Shown here piece by piece: positions 1 through 10,257 of a stretch of DNA of 20,000 bases. Source of the stretch: Chiloscyllium plagiosum (taxonomy: Eukaryota). Position numbers and translations under genes: made by a program. Each line of letters begins with the position of its first letter. Within the stretch, counting starts at the first letter, position 1. A model generated the notes under the pieces. That model searched no databases. It worked only from the letters and a program-made list of their open reading frames with translations, and was not told the origin of the DNA. The stretch is from positions 69,828,934-69,848,933 of the forward strand of contig NC_057718.1 in the NCBI RefSeq assembly GCF_004010195.1. The letters are read 5' to 3'.

Positions 1-610
1 TTTATCCATGCCTCTCATGATATTATATGCTTCAAGAAGATCCCCCCTCAGGCTCCTAAGTTTTAAAGAAAAAAGTCCTGGCTTGTCTAACCTCTCCCTA
101 TAATTCAGACCTTTGAGTCCTGGCAACATCCTTGTAAATTTCTTCTGCACTCTTTCCAGTTTAATAACATCCTTCCTATAACAAGGTGGCCAAAACGGAA
201 CACAATACTCCAAATGTGGCCTCACCAATGTCCTGTACAATTGCAACGTAACTTAACAACTTCTATACTCCATGCCCTGACTGATGAAGGCCAGTATGCC
301 AAAAGCCTTCTTCACTGCCCTGTCTATCTGTGGCTCTAGTTTCAGAGAATCATGCACCTGAACTCCAAGGTCCCTCTGTTCCACTATACTCCTTAAGGCC
401 CTACCATTCACCATGAAACTCCTACCTTGATTTGATTTTCGAAAATACAAGACCTCTCACTTATTTATGTTAAACTCCATTTTCCATTTCTCAGCCAACA
501 TCTCCAGGTGATCAAGGTCCTGCTGCAATTTCTGATAACCTTCCTCACTGTCCATGATTCCACACATTTTAGTGTTATCTGCAAGCGTACTAAGCATGCC
601 TTGCACATTC
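1..610 (-). mobile_element. CR1-clade LINE (HER1-like) copy A, decayed 3' part of ORF2 (RT C-terminal region)
   Basis: Minus-strand peptide EQRDLGVQVHDSLK...AVKKAFGILAFISQGMEYRS is typical of the CR1 ORF2 C-terminus. The element continues at 2054-2878. Confidence 0.9.
341..610. repeat. 270-bp direct repeat, copy 1 (copy 2 at 2054-2323)
   Basis: Base-by-base comparison shows identity to 2054-2323 except 441 G vs 2154 C. Confidence 0.97.
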
Positions 611-1328
611 ACTTCCTCTGGCAGCCCATTCTACACACGCACCACCCTCTGCATGAAAGCGTTGCTTCTTAGGTCTCTTTTATATCTTTCCCCTCTCACC
701 CTAAACCTATGCCCTATAGTTCTGGACTCTCCCACCCGATGGAAAAGACCTTGTCTATTTATCCTATCCATGCCCCTCATGATTTTATAAATCTCTGTAA
801 GGTTACCCCTCAGCCTCCGATGCTCCAGGGAAAACAGCTCTAGCCTATTCAACCTATCCCTATAGCTCAAATCCTCCAACCCTGGCAACATCCTTGTAAA
901 TCTTTTCTAAACCCTTTCAAGTTTCGGATAGGAAGGAGGTCAGAATTGCATGCAATACTCCAAAAGTGGCCTAACCAATGTCCTGTACAGCCGCAACATG
1001 ACCTCCCAACTTCTGTATTCAATACTCTGACCAATAAAGGAAAACATACCAAATGCCTGCTTCACTATTCTATCCACCTGTGACTCTACTTTCAAGGAGC
1101 TATGAGTGTTCAGCAACACTCCCTTGGACCTTACCATTAAGTGTATAAATCCTGCTAAGATTTGCTTTCCCATAATGCAGCATCTTGCATTTATCTAAAT
1201 TAAACTCCATCTGCCACTTCTCAGCCCATTGGCTCATTTGATCAAGATCCCGTTGTAATCCAAGGTAACCTTTTTTGCTGTCCACTACATCTCCAATTTT
1301 GGTGTCATCTGCAAACCTACTAATCCAT
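611..1328 (-). mobile_element. CR1-clade LINE copy B fragment (RT FADD motif to near the ORF2 end), truncated at both ends
   Basis: Peptides ISRFADDTKIG...LQRDLDQMSQWAEKWQMEFNLDKCK, LYRTLVRPLLEYCMQF and MLPGLEDLSYRDRLNRLELFSLE. Same subfamily as 8162-8765. Confidence 0.92.
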
Positions 1329-1762
1329 ATAAATCCTATTTGCAAGGGATTTATCCAGCTGCAAGAAGCGTTTCGCATTTGTTTAAAATTCCAATTCGGA
1401 AAACCAATTCGGCTTCACAATTGGTATGATCAGTTCTGCCCACTCCACATGTACTGATTGGATGATTCCTGTGCTTTCTGGCCTCCTGGTTCCTGCCTCT
1501 ATGTTTGCCCACAATGCAAATTCTACTGGATCGGCCATGCAAAATCATGGAAATGCTGCCTGGTGAACATGCAAGGTGGCCTCCCTAGACCTTGCTAGAA
1601 AAGAATGTCCATGTATTTAATTAGAACTTCACTCAAGCAGTCATTTTCTAATGGAGAAATTCTGAGCTAATCAAGGTGAATCTTTCTCAACCAATTTCAC
1701 TTCATCAGGCTTGGGCCTGAATCTTTTACTACAGTCAGTGCTAACTGAAACAGCTGCTCCTC

Positions 1763-2051
1763 ATAGAACCCCTACAGTGTAGAAATAAGCCCTTTAGCCC
1801 AACAAGTCCATACCAACCCTCTGCAGAGTAACCCACCCAGATTCATTCCCCTATAATTACCCCTGACAAATGCACCTAACCTACACATCCCTGAACACTA
1901 TAGGCAATTTAGCATGGCCAATTCGCCTAACCTGCACATCTTTGGATTGTGGGAGGAATCCAGAGCACCTGGACGAAACCCATGCAGACACGGAGAGAAT
2001 GTGCAAATGCCCCATAAACAGTCACACAAGGCAGGAATCGAATCCAGGTCC
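1763..2051 (-). mobile_element. HE1-type tRNA-derived V-SINE, 5' truncated just upstream of box B
   Basis: The reverse complement resembles the copy at 11616-11924: box B-like GATTCGATTCC, V-domain and CR1-like tail ending CACTGTAGGGGTTCTATGA. Box A is missing. Confidence 0.88.
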
Positions 2052-2053
2052 AG

Positions 2054-2878
2054 TTCAGAGAATCATGCACCTGAACTCCAAGGTCCCTCTGTTCCACTAT
2101 ACTCCTTAAGGCCCTACCATTCACCATGAAACTCCTACCTTGATTTGATTTTCCAAAATACAAGACCTCTCACTTATTTATGTTAAACTCCATTTTCCAT
2201 TTCTCAGCCAACATCTCCAGGTGATCAAGGTCCTGCTGCAATTTCTGATAACCTTCCTCACTGTCCATGATTCCACACATTTTAGTGTTATCTGCAAGCG
2301 TACTAAGCATGCCTTGCACATTCTCATCCAAATCATTGATATAGATAACAAACAGAAATGGGTTGAGCACTGATCCCTGAGGCACTCCATTAGTCACAGG
2401 CCTCCAGTCTGACAAGCATCCTTCCACTATTACCCTCTGCTTCCTACAATCGAGCCAGTTGTGTATTCCATTTGCCAGCTCACTCGGATTCCATGCGATC
2501 TAAACTTACAGAGCAGCCTGTCATATGGAACCTTATCAAATGCCTTACTGAAATCCATATAGATTACATCTACCACCCTGTCCTCATCAAAAAACTGGAA
2601 CAAATTTGTGAGGCATGGTCTCCCATGCACAAAGTCATGCTGATTATTCCTAATCAAACTCTGCCTTTCCAATGCATGTATGTCATATCTCAGAATCTTC
2701 TCAAGTAATTTACCTACACAGATGTTAGGCTTACTGGTCTATAATTCCCACATTTTTGTATGCAGCCCTTCATGAATAAGAGTGCAATATTCACTACCCT
2801 CCAATCTTCCAGGACCTCACCTGTGGCTAACAATGATGCAAAAATATCAGCCAGGGCCCCTGCAATTTCTTGTCTAAT
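2054..2878 (-). mobile_element. CR1-clade LINE copy A, continuation (RT core), decayed
   Basis: Motifs NYRPVSLTSV, GRPCLTNL, VDVIYMDFSKAFDKVP and VTNGVPQGSVLNPFLFVIYINDLD, broken by frameshifts. The first 270 bp are the duplicated segment. Confidence 0.93.
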
Positions 2879-2879
2879 C

Positions 2880-3174
2880 TTTTGCTCCCTTTGCATTTTC
2901 TAATGACAAAGCCAGTTGTAGTGCCTGTTTGAAAGCGAGCTGGGCTTCAACTATTAGGTGCTTTTCCATGGTAATGTCATTAATTCCATATACCAAATGG
3001 TCTCTCAGCATCTCATGAAGGGGTAAACTGAAGTCACATGCCTCTGCTATTTGTCTTAACCTCATCAAAACTCCCAACACGAATTCCTCTATTTCTCAAA
3101 CTGTCAAGAATTAGCGTCATAAAATTCCTAAACTAAATCTGCCAACTCTTTTTGATGTTAGTTTTAGTAACTGG
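2880..3174 (-). mobile_element. Ty3/Gypsy LTR-retrotransposon gag fragment
   Basis: LMRLRQIAEACDFSLPLHEMLRDHLVYGINDITMEKHLIVEAQLAFKQALQLALSLE fits the Gypsy gag pattern LRxLAxxCxF...MLRDRLVxGI...LLxE. A further ELADLV-like stretch lies near 3130-3150. Confidence 0.8.
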
Positions 3175-3182
3175 TGTGTCAC

Positions 3183-3324
3183 TGAGATAGCTCCACAGAG
3201 GCTGGTATCCCATCACCAAATCACCTTTTACTTACATGAGCATAGTACAGACATTACTCCGGCTTCCTCAAAGCCAGCTGTCAGACTGAACAAAACCTCC
3301 AGTCCCTCTGACCTTCCTCTTTAC
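3183..3324 (-). mobile_element. Gypsy-type LTR, 3' portion (split by the 3325-5135 insertion)
   Basis: Lies upstream of gag on the minus strand, ends in ...TCA, and joins 5136-5253 through a duplicated 15-mer. Confidence 0.62.
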
Positions 3325-4049
3325 TTTTCTTTTTATTTCAAGCCTAACTGCGGTAGTGCTTATTTTTTTCCCCAGCACCCATGGTGTGTGTGTGTGCAGG
3401 TGTGAGACACAGTGAGCGACACAAAGTGCACGAATCTTTATTCAAATTCCACCACCAGGAAGATAGGAAAACATCCAAGTGGCCAGTGACAAGCAGTGCC
3501 CTTCACATCAAAGGGCAATGCTGTGTGATCAAACAGTGAAGGGGAGGGCAGGGACTAAATCAAAATAGAGTTGGAGGGGGAAATAATGCACACCACTCCC
3601 TGCGGCGCCCACCTCTCCCTGAACAACTCCAGGGTGTTGGTGGACACCGCGTGCTCCTTCTCCAAGGACACCCGGGCTCTAACGTAACCGCGGAAGAGGG
3701 GCAGGCAGTCGGCCCTAACGACCCCATCCACGGCCCGCTGCCTCGACCTGTTAATGGCCAGTTTGGCCAGGCCCAGGAGCAGACCCACGAGGAGGTCTTC
3801 AGACCTGCCCTCCCTCCTCCGTACCGGGTGCCCGAAGATCAGGAGCGTGGGACTGAAGTGCAACCAAAAGCAGAGGAGGAGGCTTTTAAGAAAATCCAAA
3901 AGGGAGTGCAAACGCCCACACCCAACATACACGTGGTCCACGGACTCCACAGCGCCACAGAACAAGCAGTTGGGATGGGAGTCCGTGAACCACCGCAATC
4001 TGCGGTTGCAGGGGACTGCAGCGTGCAGCACCGTCCACCCCAGATCCCC
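3325..4049 (-). mobile_element. Tx1/L1-clade non-LTR retrotransposon 3' end: ORF2 C-terminus (stop at 3555-3557), 3' UTR and A-rich tail
   Basis: Uninterrupted frame 4049->3555 with CCHC zinc knuckle CLFCGAVESVDHVYVGC and LLLGLAKLAINRSR motif. AATAAAAAGAAAA tail at the 3325 end. GC/CpG-rich, suggesting a young copy. Confidence 0.88.
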
Positions 4050-4240
4050 NNNNNNNNNNNNNNNNNNNNNNNNNNNNNNNNNNNNNNNNNNNNNNNNNNN
4101 NNNNNNNNNNNNNNNNNNNNNNNNNNNNNNNNNNNNNNNNNNNNNNNNNNNNNNNNNNNNNNNNNNNNNNNNNNNNNNNNNNNNNNNNNNNNNNNNNNNN
4201 NNNNNNNNNNNNNNNNNNNNNNNNNNNNNNNNNNNNNNNN
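4050..4240. other. Assembly gap (191 N)
   Basis: Run of n characters. Confidence 1.
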
Positions 4241-4299
4241 CAATACTCAGTGCCAATATTTTTGGGAATGCTGTCAAATAAGAATTAAATCAATTGAAT

Positions 4300-4400
4300 G
4301 TGACAATTTCCCAAGGCATTGCTTAATTAAAGCAATGGTGATTCCAAATATCCTGGGCAATATTCAGCCCTCAATGAACACAGCACAGATTAACAGGTAG
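4300..4400 (+). mobile_element. Old Deu-domain SINE remnant (AmnSINE1/SacSINE1-like), partial
   Basis: TCCTGGGCAATATTCAGCCCTCAA resembles the Deu-domain motif TCCTGGCCAATATTTATCCCTCAA; heavily diverged. Confidence 0.5.
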
Positions 4401-4519
4401 AAAATTATGCAAAATGACTTCTCCATTTCAACTCTCCATGGTTCATGTCAACAAACAGTATGGGACCAAACAAAAATCCAGTTACACATTGCGGTAAAAG
4501 CATTTTAAAAATTCTTTTT

Positions 4520-4739
4520 AAAATGGCCTAGCAAAAAGCTATCCCTCAAGCAAAATCATTGGAAAAAATACAGTTATTTTCTCAGTGCTGTCTGTGGGAT
4601 CTTGCTCTGTACAAATTGGCTGCCACATCTCCCTGAAGGATGACACTGACTATACTTAATTGTGTTTCATTGGCTGTGAAGTGCTTTCAAATTGACTTAA
4701 GGTCATAAATATGTCACAGAAATGCAAGCCTTTCTTTTT
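4520..4739 (+). mobile_element. Old Deu-domain SINE 3' half (AmnSINE1/SacSINE1-like)
   Basis: TGCTGTCTGTGGGATCTTGCTCTGTACAAATTGGCTGCCAC...TTCATTGGCTGTGAAGTGCTTT...AGAAATGCAAGCCTTTCTTTT matches the DeuSINE core and tail as I recall them. Confidence 0.75.
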
Positions 4740-4904
4740 AAATCTGAGGGTTTTTTTTTCTCTAACCAGCGAGCGGTGGGAGATGGGGAATAAAACTGGT
4801 CTCCATCAGAAAGGCAAAAACCTACTGTGGGTCAGCCAGCAATTGGTTTTAACATGACATGCCATTTTATCTCTTTACTAAAGAAGTAGCCACAATACTT
4901 GATG

Positions 4905-5135
4905 CTCTTTTATATTTTATTAAACAAATTACAAACAAATAGTTTACAAAAAACATTTACAGCTGTACATAAGAGACAGCAATGTTACAAGGGAGAGGAG
5001 CAGCAAAGCTAGGCCCCAAACCCTACCATTCAACCATTTTACAGGGAGATGAGGACAAACCTCAAATCCCAGTTCCACTTATGGCAAGACAGTGACAATA
5101 ACATTTGTACATTAGACAATACTGTTACATACAAA
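4905..5135 (-). mobile_element. Putative 3' UTR of a 5'-truncated L1/Tx1-type element
   Basis: The minus strand is T/G-rich and ends AATAAAATATAAAAG. Its 5' end abuts the 15-bp TSD at 5136. No coding remnant. Confidence 0.45.
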
Positions 5136-5253
5136 GACCTTCCTCTTTACATCTGTCAACTAGACCTCCTTGATTGGACCAGGTTAACAGCTCCCAATCA
5201 GGGAACTCATTTTCTACAATGACCACCTGGCTAACCTTGTTACAATCACTGCA
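5136..5253 (-). mobile_element. Gypsy-type LTR, 5' portion
   Basis: Minus strand starts TG(CAGTGATTGTAAC). Contains inverted CCAAT boxes (TGATTGG...CCAATCA). Joins 3183-3324 through the TSD. Confidence 0.62.
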
Positions 5254-5354
5254 CTCACAAATCTATCAAAAAGTGCTAGATAAAGTGAGTAGGGCATGGT
5301 ACTTAACTGTGTGAATAGATGCATTGAATAAAAACAATAAGATAATAAATAAGC

Positions 5355-5562
5355 CAGTTAGCCTGCTCTGCCACACAATTATATCATAGCTGATTTTGAT
5401 CATGAACTTGTAACCACCTTTCCCCATAACCTAAGATTCTCCTATAGGATTAAACACTGCATAGCGCAACCTTGAATATAGTCAATGATCCAACACAGAC
5501 TGATCTCTAAGGGAAAGAATTCAAAAGATAATTAACCCTCAGAAAAAACACTTCTTCTCATT
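5355..5562 (-). mobile_element. Old CR1 3'-end remnant
   Basis: CCTGCTCTGCCAC...ATCATAGCTGAT...CCTTGAATATA...AGAATTCAAAAGAT resembles shark CR1 3' ends; highly diverged. Confidence 0.55.
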
Positions 5563-7643
5563 GTTATGATTCAATTAGGGATCAGTAACACCCAGGAACA
5601 TCATCAGCAGAACTGAGCCATGTTTTCCATAAAAATATGAATCAATGCCAAAGGTGCTCCACGCATCTCCCTGGTGACATGGAATATTCTGGGAAATCCC
5701 CAAACAGACCTTTTGGTGAAGTATGTCTTATTAAAATTCCATTGATCTTAACAAATAAATGGATTTATAATGAATGTACATTGACTGGTTCCAACTCCAA
5801 TAAAAAAAACTCTCTGGATTGCTTTTATTGTAGTGGTCTTGTCTCCATCAAAAACCCACAATGAGGCCAGGCATGGTTTAAGTTTCTCCACTTGTTTTGT
5901 GTCTCCAGTACTCTGATTTTTTTAAGTCAATATGGTCCAGCCTTACTATAAGCATGACAATATTTCAGTATTCATAAACTCAGGCTAATTTGAGTTGCAT
6001 TCACGGCAGATGTTTGAGTATTTAAAATCAAGGTATCCCAGTTATCCACAGTTATATATCAATCGCTAAAACCTCAATTTATATCCTAAGGCATATAAAT
6101 TATGAACTAAGTTTTGACACATTCCCCAAGAAAAAAATGAATATGCATCAACCTTGTAATGAGTTTTAATTTCCTCCAGTTAAAATATTACAACATGTTA
6201 TATGACTGAACAACTATCCTATCCAATAACCATCTCTCTATTGTCCAATTAAATTCACAAGTCCATCTTAGAAGTACTGGATCACTGAATCATTGCCCAT
6301 TAATCACAGTTCCATTTAAAATGTGCAATATTGCTTTATGCAATGTTTTCTCAAAGTTTTCATCTGAGAATGATTAGATTCCACAGCTCTATCTGAAAGA
6401 GGAGATGCCTTACTGTGAGTTTTCAAGTTCAATCTTTAAAACAGTCTGTTCAGATTTCAGTTTTATTTACTTGACCTATCTAAAACTCTTTCCAGATTGT
6501 CTGTGTCCTCCTCATATTTTGGTTTCCTTTACATTCGGTCCTTTCATCCAAATAATTAACACAGATTATTAATAATTGAGGCCCCAGGAATGTTCTCATC
6601 TCACTTGTGACAGTTTGTCAAATAAAAAAATGATATTTATTGATTCTTATTTTCTATTTGATAGCCAAATCTCTAGTGATAAGAATATATTTTTTCCTAA
6701 TACCAAATCTCAAAGAGAACAACATTGTATGCTGCATGAAAAAGGGCTTGGCAAGTAGATTCTGATTTGTCAAGGCATTGTCTTGGAGAATGCACTAGGG
6801 AACAGTTATCCACAAACTTTATTTAATTTCAAAAAAAGGCAGGTTCACGCTGAATAGTTGAGGCATTGCCAAGTGAATGCAATGGTAAATATTTGTCTGA
6901 CATTCTTCTGTTCAATCAAAAAAAGCACATGTTACAAAGGACATGGCCCTATATATGAATGCATATAGATAGCATCTAGCCAGCCCATATGAATCACATT
7001 GTGAGCCAAGTTAATAACATTAAAATGATTGTTTGTGTTGTGGGAGTTTAGTTTTCAGTCAGTTATACTTTTCACTTTCAAGTGGTTCAAATAGCTCCCA
7101 ACCCTTGGTTCTGGACTCTGGACTTATTAATCAGAATATAATAAAAAGGCAGCAAACAGATATCTGAGGGCAAAATGATCTCTGCATTTATTTATGTACA
7201 TAAAAGTAACACAACAATATATCACAGCTATTCACTATTATAGAAGGTGCATTATCATTTATAAATACACTACTAATTAGAGTTACTATATTAGAATCAC
7301 AATACACTGATAATACCCACCTCCCACTAGTAACTAAGTTGGAACTCTTGGGTCTCAGGACTATGCTCACCACTTCAAATGTGGTTTTGGAGTTCGCTTG
7401 ATGAAGTTGCTCTGGCTTGCCATCCCCTGGGCATGGAAGAGGATTTTGAGGAGCACAACGATTCAGCCTGGGTTGAGTCGACTGATGCAGTTGGGTGTGT
7501 TTTGGATCTCTCGGATATGTACTTGGTTTTTCTATACTTTGCTGGTTAGTCCGGTTCAGTCTTCACATCAGTTTGTGTCTGAGGACTTGCAGTGTTGGTC
7601 ACCTTAGTCAGTGCTTCAAATTTTGTCAGCCTTGGTTCTGGTT

Positions 7644-7842
7644 GTCATGATTTGGAGATGCCAGCATTGGACTGGGGTGTACAAAGTTAAAAATCACACA
7701 ATACCAGGTTATAGTCCAACAGGTTTATTTGGAAGCACTAGCTTTCGGAGCCCTGCTCCTTCATCAGGTGTATAAGCTTCACAACAAAAGCTAGTACTTC
7801 CAAATAAACCTGTTGGACTATAATCTGGTGTGCGATTTTTAA
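7644..7842 (-). mobile_element. Non-autonomous Penelope-like (PLE) pLTR-only insertion forming an inverted repeat
   Basis: Matches the pLTR at 14735-14862. Arms ~7684-7746 and ~7787-7845. Flanked by CTTGGTTCTGGTT (7631-7643) and CTTGGTTCCAGTT (7843-7855). Confidence 0.88.
7736..7770 (-). ncRNA. Minimal type I hammerhead ribozyme motif in PLE pLTR, core intact
   Basis: Reverse complement reads CAC-CUGAUGA-A-GGAGC-AGG-GCUCC-GAAA-GC-UA-GUG: catalytic core, stem II, palindromic AGCU stem III and CAC/GUG stem I. Confidence 0.8.
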
Positions 7843-8161
7843 CTTGGTTCCAGTTAGTGTAGTCAGTCATGATGGTTGTTGAGATTTGCTGTCGGGTTTT
7901 CTGTCTCCCGATTTAGAAGCTCTCAGTTCAGACACCTCTCGATATGAGATTGGGACCTGTGGTTACGCTAATTGCAGGGCTTCCAAATCTCTGCCCAAAA
8001 TCTCTTAGCCCTGTTGTCTTGTCAATGTTCTCTTGGAGTGCTTGATTGCTTTAATTGAATTTCCAATGTTTAAGCAAATGACTTTGACTGATGTTGGTTG
8101 CTGGTGATTGTCACAGTAACCCTCTTGTCTTCATACTGTCTGCATAAATCTGTTTCTTCGA

Positions 8162-8765
8162 TTAGTCTCACCTGCCAGCACCCGGCCCATATCCCTCCAA
8201 ACCCTTCCTATTCATATACCCATCCAAATGCCTTTTAAATGTTGCAATTGTACCAGCCTCCACCACATCCTCTGGCAGCTCATTCCATACACGCACCGCC
8301 CTCTGCATGAAAAAGTTGCCCTTAGGTCTCTTTCATATCTTTCCCCTCTCACCCTAAACCTATGCCCTCTAGTTCTGGACTCCCCCACCCCAGGGAAAAG
8401 ACTTTGTCTATTTATCCTATCTATGCCCCTTATAATTTTGTAAACTTCTATATGGTCACCCCTCAGCCTCCGATGCTCCAGGGAAAATTACCCCAGCCTA
8501 TTCAGCCTCTCCCTATAGCTCAAATCCTCCAACCCTGGCAACATCCTTGTAAATCTTTTCTGAACCCTTTCAAGTTTCACAACATCCTTCCGATAGGAAG
8601 GAGACCAGAATTGCATGCAATATTCCAACTGTGGCCCAAGTAATGTCCTGTACAGCCGCAACATGACCTCCCAAAATCCTGTACTCAATACTCTGACCAA
8701 TAAAGGAAAACATACGAAACGCCTTCTTCACTATCCTATCTAACTGTGACTCCACTTTCAAGGAA
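8162..8765 (-). mobile_element. CR1-clade LINE 3' fragment
   Basis: MLRLYRTLLGPQLEYCMQFWSPSYRKDVVKLERVQKRFTRMLPGLEDLSYRERLNRLG. Confidence 0.93.
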
Positions 8766-9331
8766 GTGGCCTCCAGGTTCTATTCACGGTCTGCTGGTGG
8801 TTTGTTTACCCCTCTGCATAGCCAGCACAGTTTTTATTAAGTTTAAAAGTCTAGAGCTCTGTCTATATATTTTCAATGCTGGGTATTTTTGTAAAATATT
8901 ACAGTGTAATTACTTGCACAGTTGGGATTATTGTGAGTGATGCTGTCCAATGAAATAGTCACATAAAATGCTGAACTTTGCATTCTGAGGTTTCCAAACA
9001 CAGATTGGTTCAATATATCAACATTGTCTCTGTTGAAAACTACTGAATTTTTGTGCCACTTGGTACCATGCCCCAGTTGTGGAGTCATGTGGTCCTGCGT
9101 ATCTGACTTCACAGAAGTTCATATATCACATTTCTCATTGCATGATAGGCTGAATATCTTTTTGGCTTGACAACAGCATCCTGTTTGTGGCGAATACTGC
9201 TTGCATAACAGCAATTGTGAAACATCAATTTGAGACACTTTACCCTTCCTAGGTAATCGGAGGTAGACTGAACACTTTTCAAAGCAGAAAGTGAATTCTA
9301 GTCCTTTCATGAGTTTATATGATATTACAGT

Positions 9332-9664
9332 GGCGGCACAGTAGCTCAATGGTTAGCACTACTGCCTCACAATGTCAGGGACCCAGGTTCAAATCCAGTC
9401 TTGGGTGACTGTCTGTGTAGAGCTTGCACTTTCCTCTAGGTGCTTCATTTTCTCCCACAGTCCAAAGGTGTGCAGGTTAGATGGATTGGCCGTGCTAAGT
9501 TGCCCACAGCATTCAGGGATGTGTAGGTAGATGGATTAGCCATAGAAAATACAGGATTACAGGGATAGGATAGAGAGGTGGTTCTGTGTGGAATGCTGTT
9601 TCATTATTTGGTGTGGGTTGATGGGCTGAATGGCCTGATTCTACACTGTAGGGACTCTCTGATT
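9332..9664 (+). mobile_element. HE1-type V-SINE, older copy with an internal deletion
   Basis: Box A TAGCTCAATGG, box B GGTTCAAATCC, partial V-domain, tail GGGCTGAATGGCCTG...ACACTGTAGGGA. Confidence 0.88.
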
Positions 9665-9717
9665 TCTTACAGTGAGAAGTGATCTGGTTAGGGTTGGCCA
9701 TTATCCCACATGATAAC

Positions 9718-10257
9718 CTGATGAAAAGACCTTGGCTATACATCTTATCTATGACCCTCACGATTTTATAAACTTCTATACAGTCACTCCTACACTCCAA
9801 GGAAAAATGTCTCAGCCTATCCAGCTCTCCTTATACCTCAAACCCTCTAGTCTCAGTAACGTCCTTGTAAATCTTTTTTGTACTTTTCCAGTTTAAAAAC
9901 ATCCTTCCTATAGCAAGATGAACAGAATTGCAGCTTCTCTCAAATAATGTGGCCTTACCAATACCTAGTACAGCCATAACATGAAATCTCAAAACTTGTA
10001 CTCCATGCTCTGACTGATGAAGGTAAGAGTGACAGATATGTTCTTCACTACTCTGTCTACCTGTGATGCCACTGCCAAGGAACTAAGTACCTGCACCCTT
10101 AGGTCTCTCTGTTTCATAACACACCCCAAGGCCCTACCATAAACTATGTAGGTCCTGCTCATCTTACCAAAATGAGCAGGTAATTACCAAAACACCTTGC
10201 ATTTATCTAAATTAACCTCAATCAACCACTCTTCAGCCCACTAGCCCAGTTGATCAA
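9718..10257 (-). mobile_element. CR1-clade LINE copy C, 3' part (left of the PLE insertion)
   Basis: Collinear with 760-1250 and resumes at 14863 after the 12-bp TSD. Confidence 0.85.

Larger units (their letters stand above)
7185..8160 (-). mobile_element. Possible decayed Gypsy pol 3' end, polypurine tract and AT-rich LTR start, interrupted by the mini-PLE
   Basis: Minus strand has an SG-IVLRPK-like terminus followed by purine-rich AGTGGGAGGTGGG and an AT-rich block, with strong strand asymmetry. Only weak motif support. Confidence 0.33.

Noticed and set aside
3555..4400. Long 240-249 aa ORFs spanning 3555-4400
   Set aside because: They are inflated by the N gap. Only the minus-strand 3555-4049 frame is real (Tx1 ORF2); the others are antisense shadows.
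6700..6758. QHCMLHEKGL, faintly like the PIK3R3 iSH2 stretch QHLVWLNHKGV
   Set aside because: Too short, needs a gap, and has no supporting flanking similarity; likely chance.
5563..7180. AT-rich unassigned stretch with short ORFs (also 8766-9325 and 18400-19160)
   Set aside because: I could support no recognisable protein motif, repeat structure or exon.
7684..7845. Inverted repeats suggesting a MITE or DNA transposon
   Set aside because: The arms are PLE pLTR sequence, asymmetric by a ~40-nt tail, with a ~13-bp TSD. A retroelement origin explains them.
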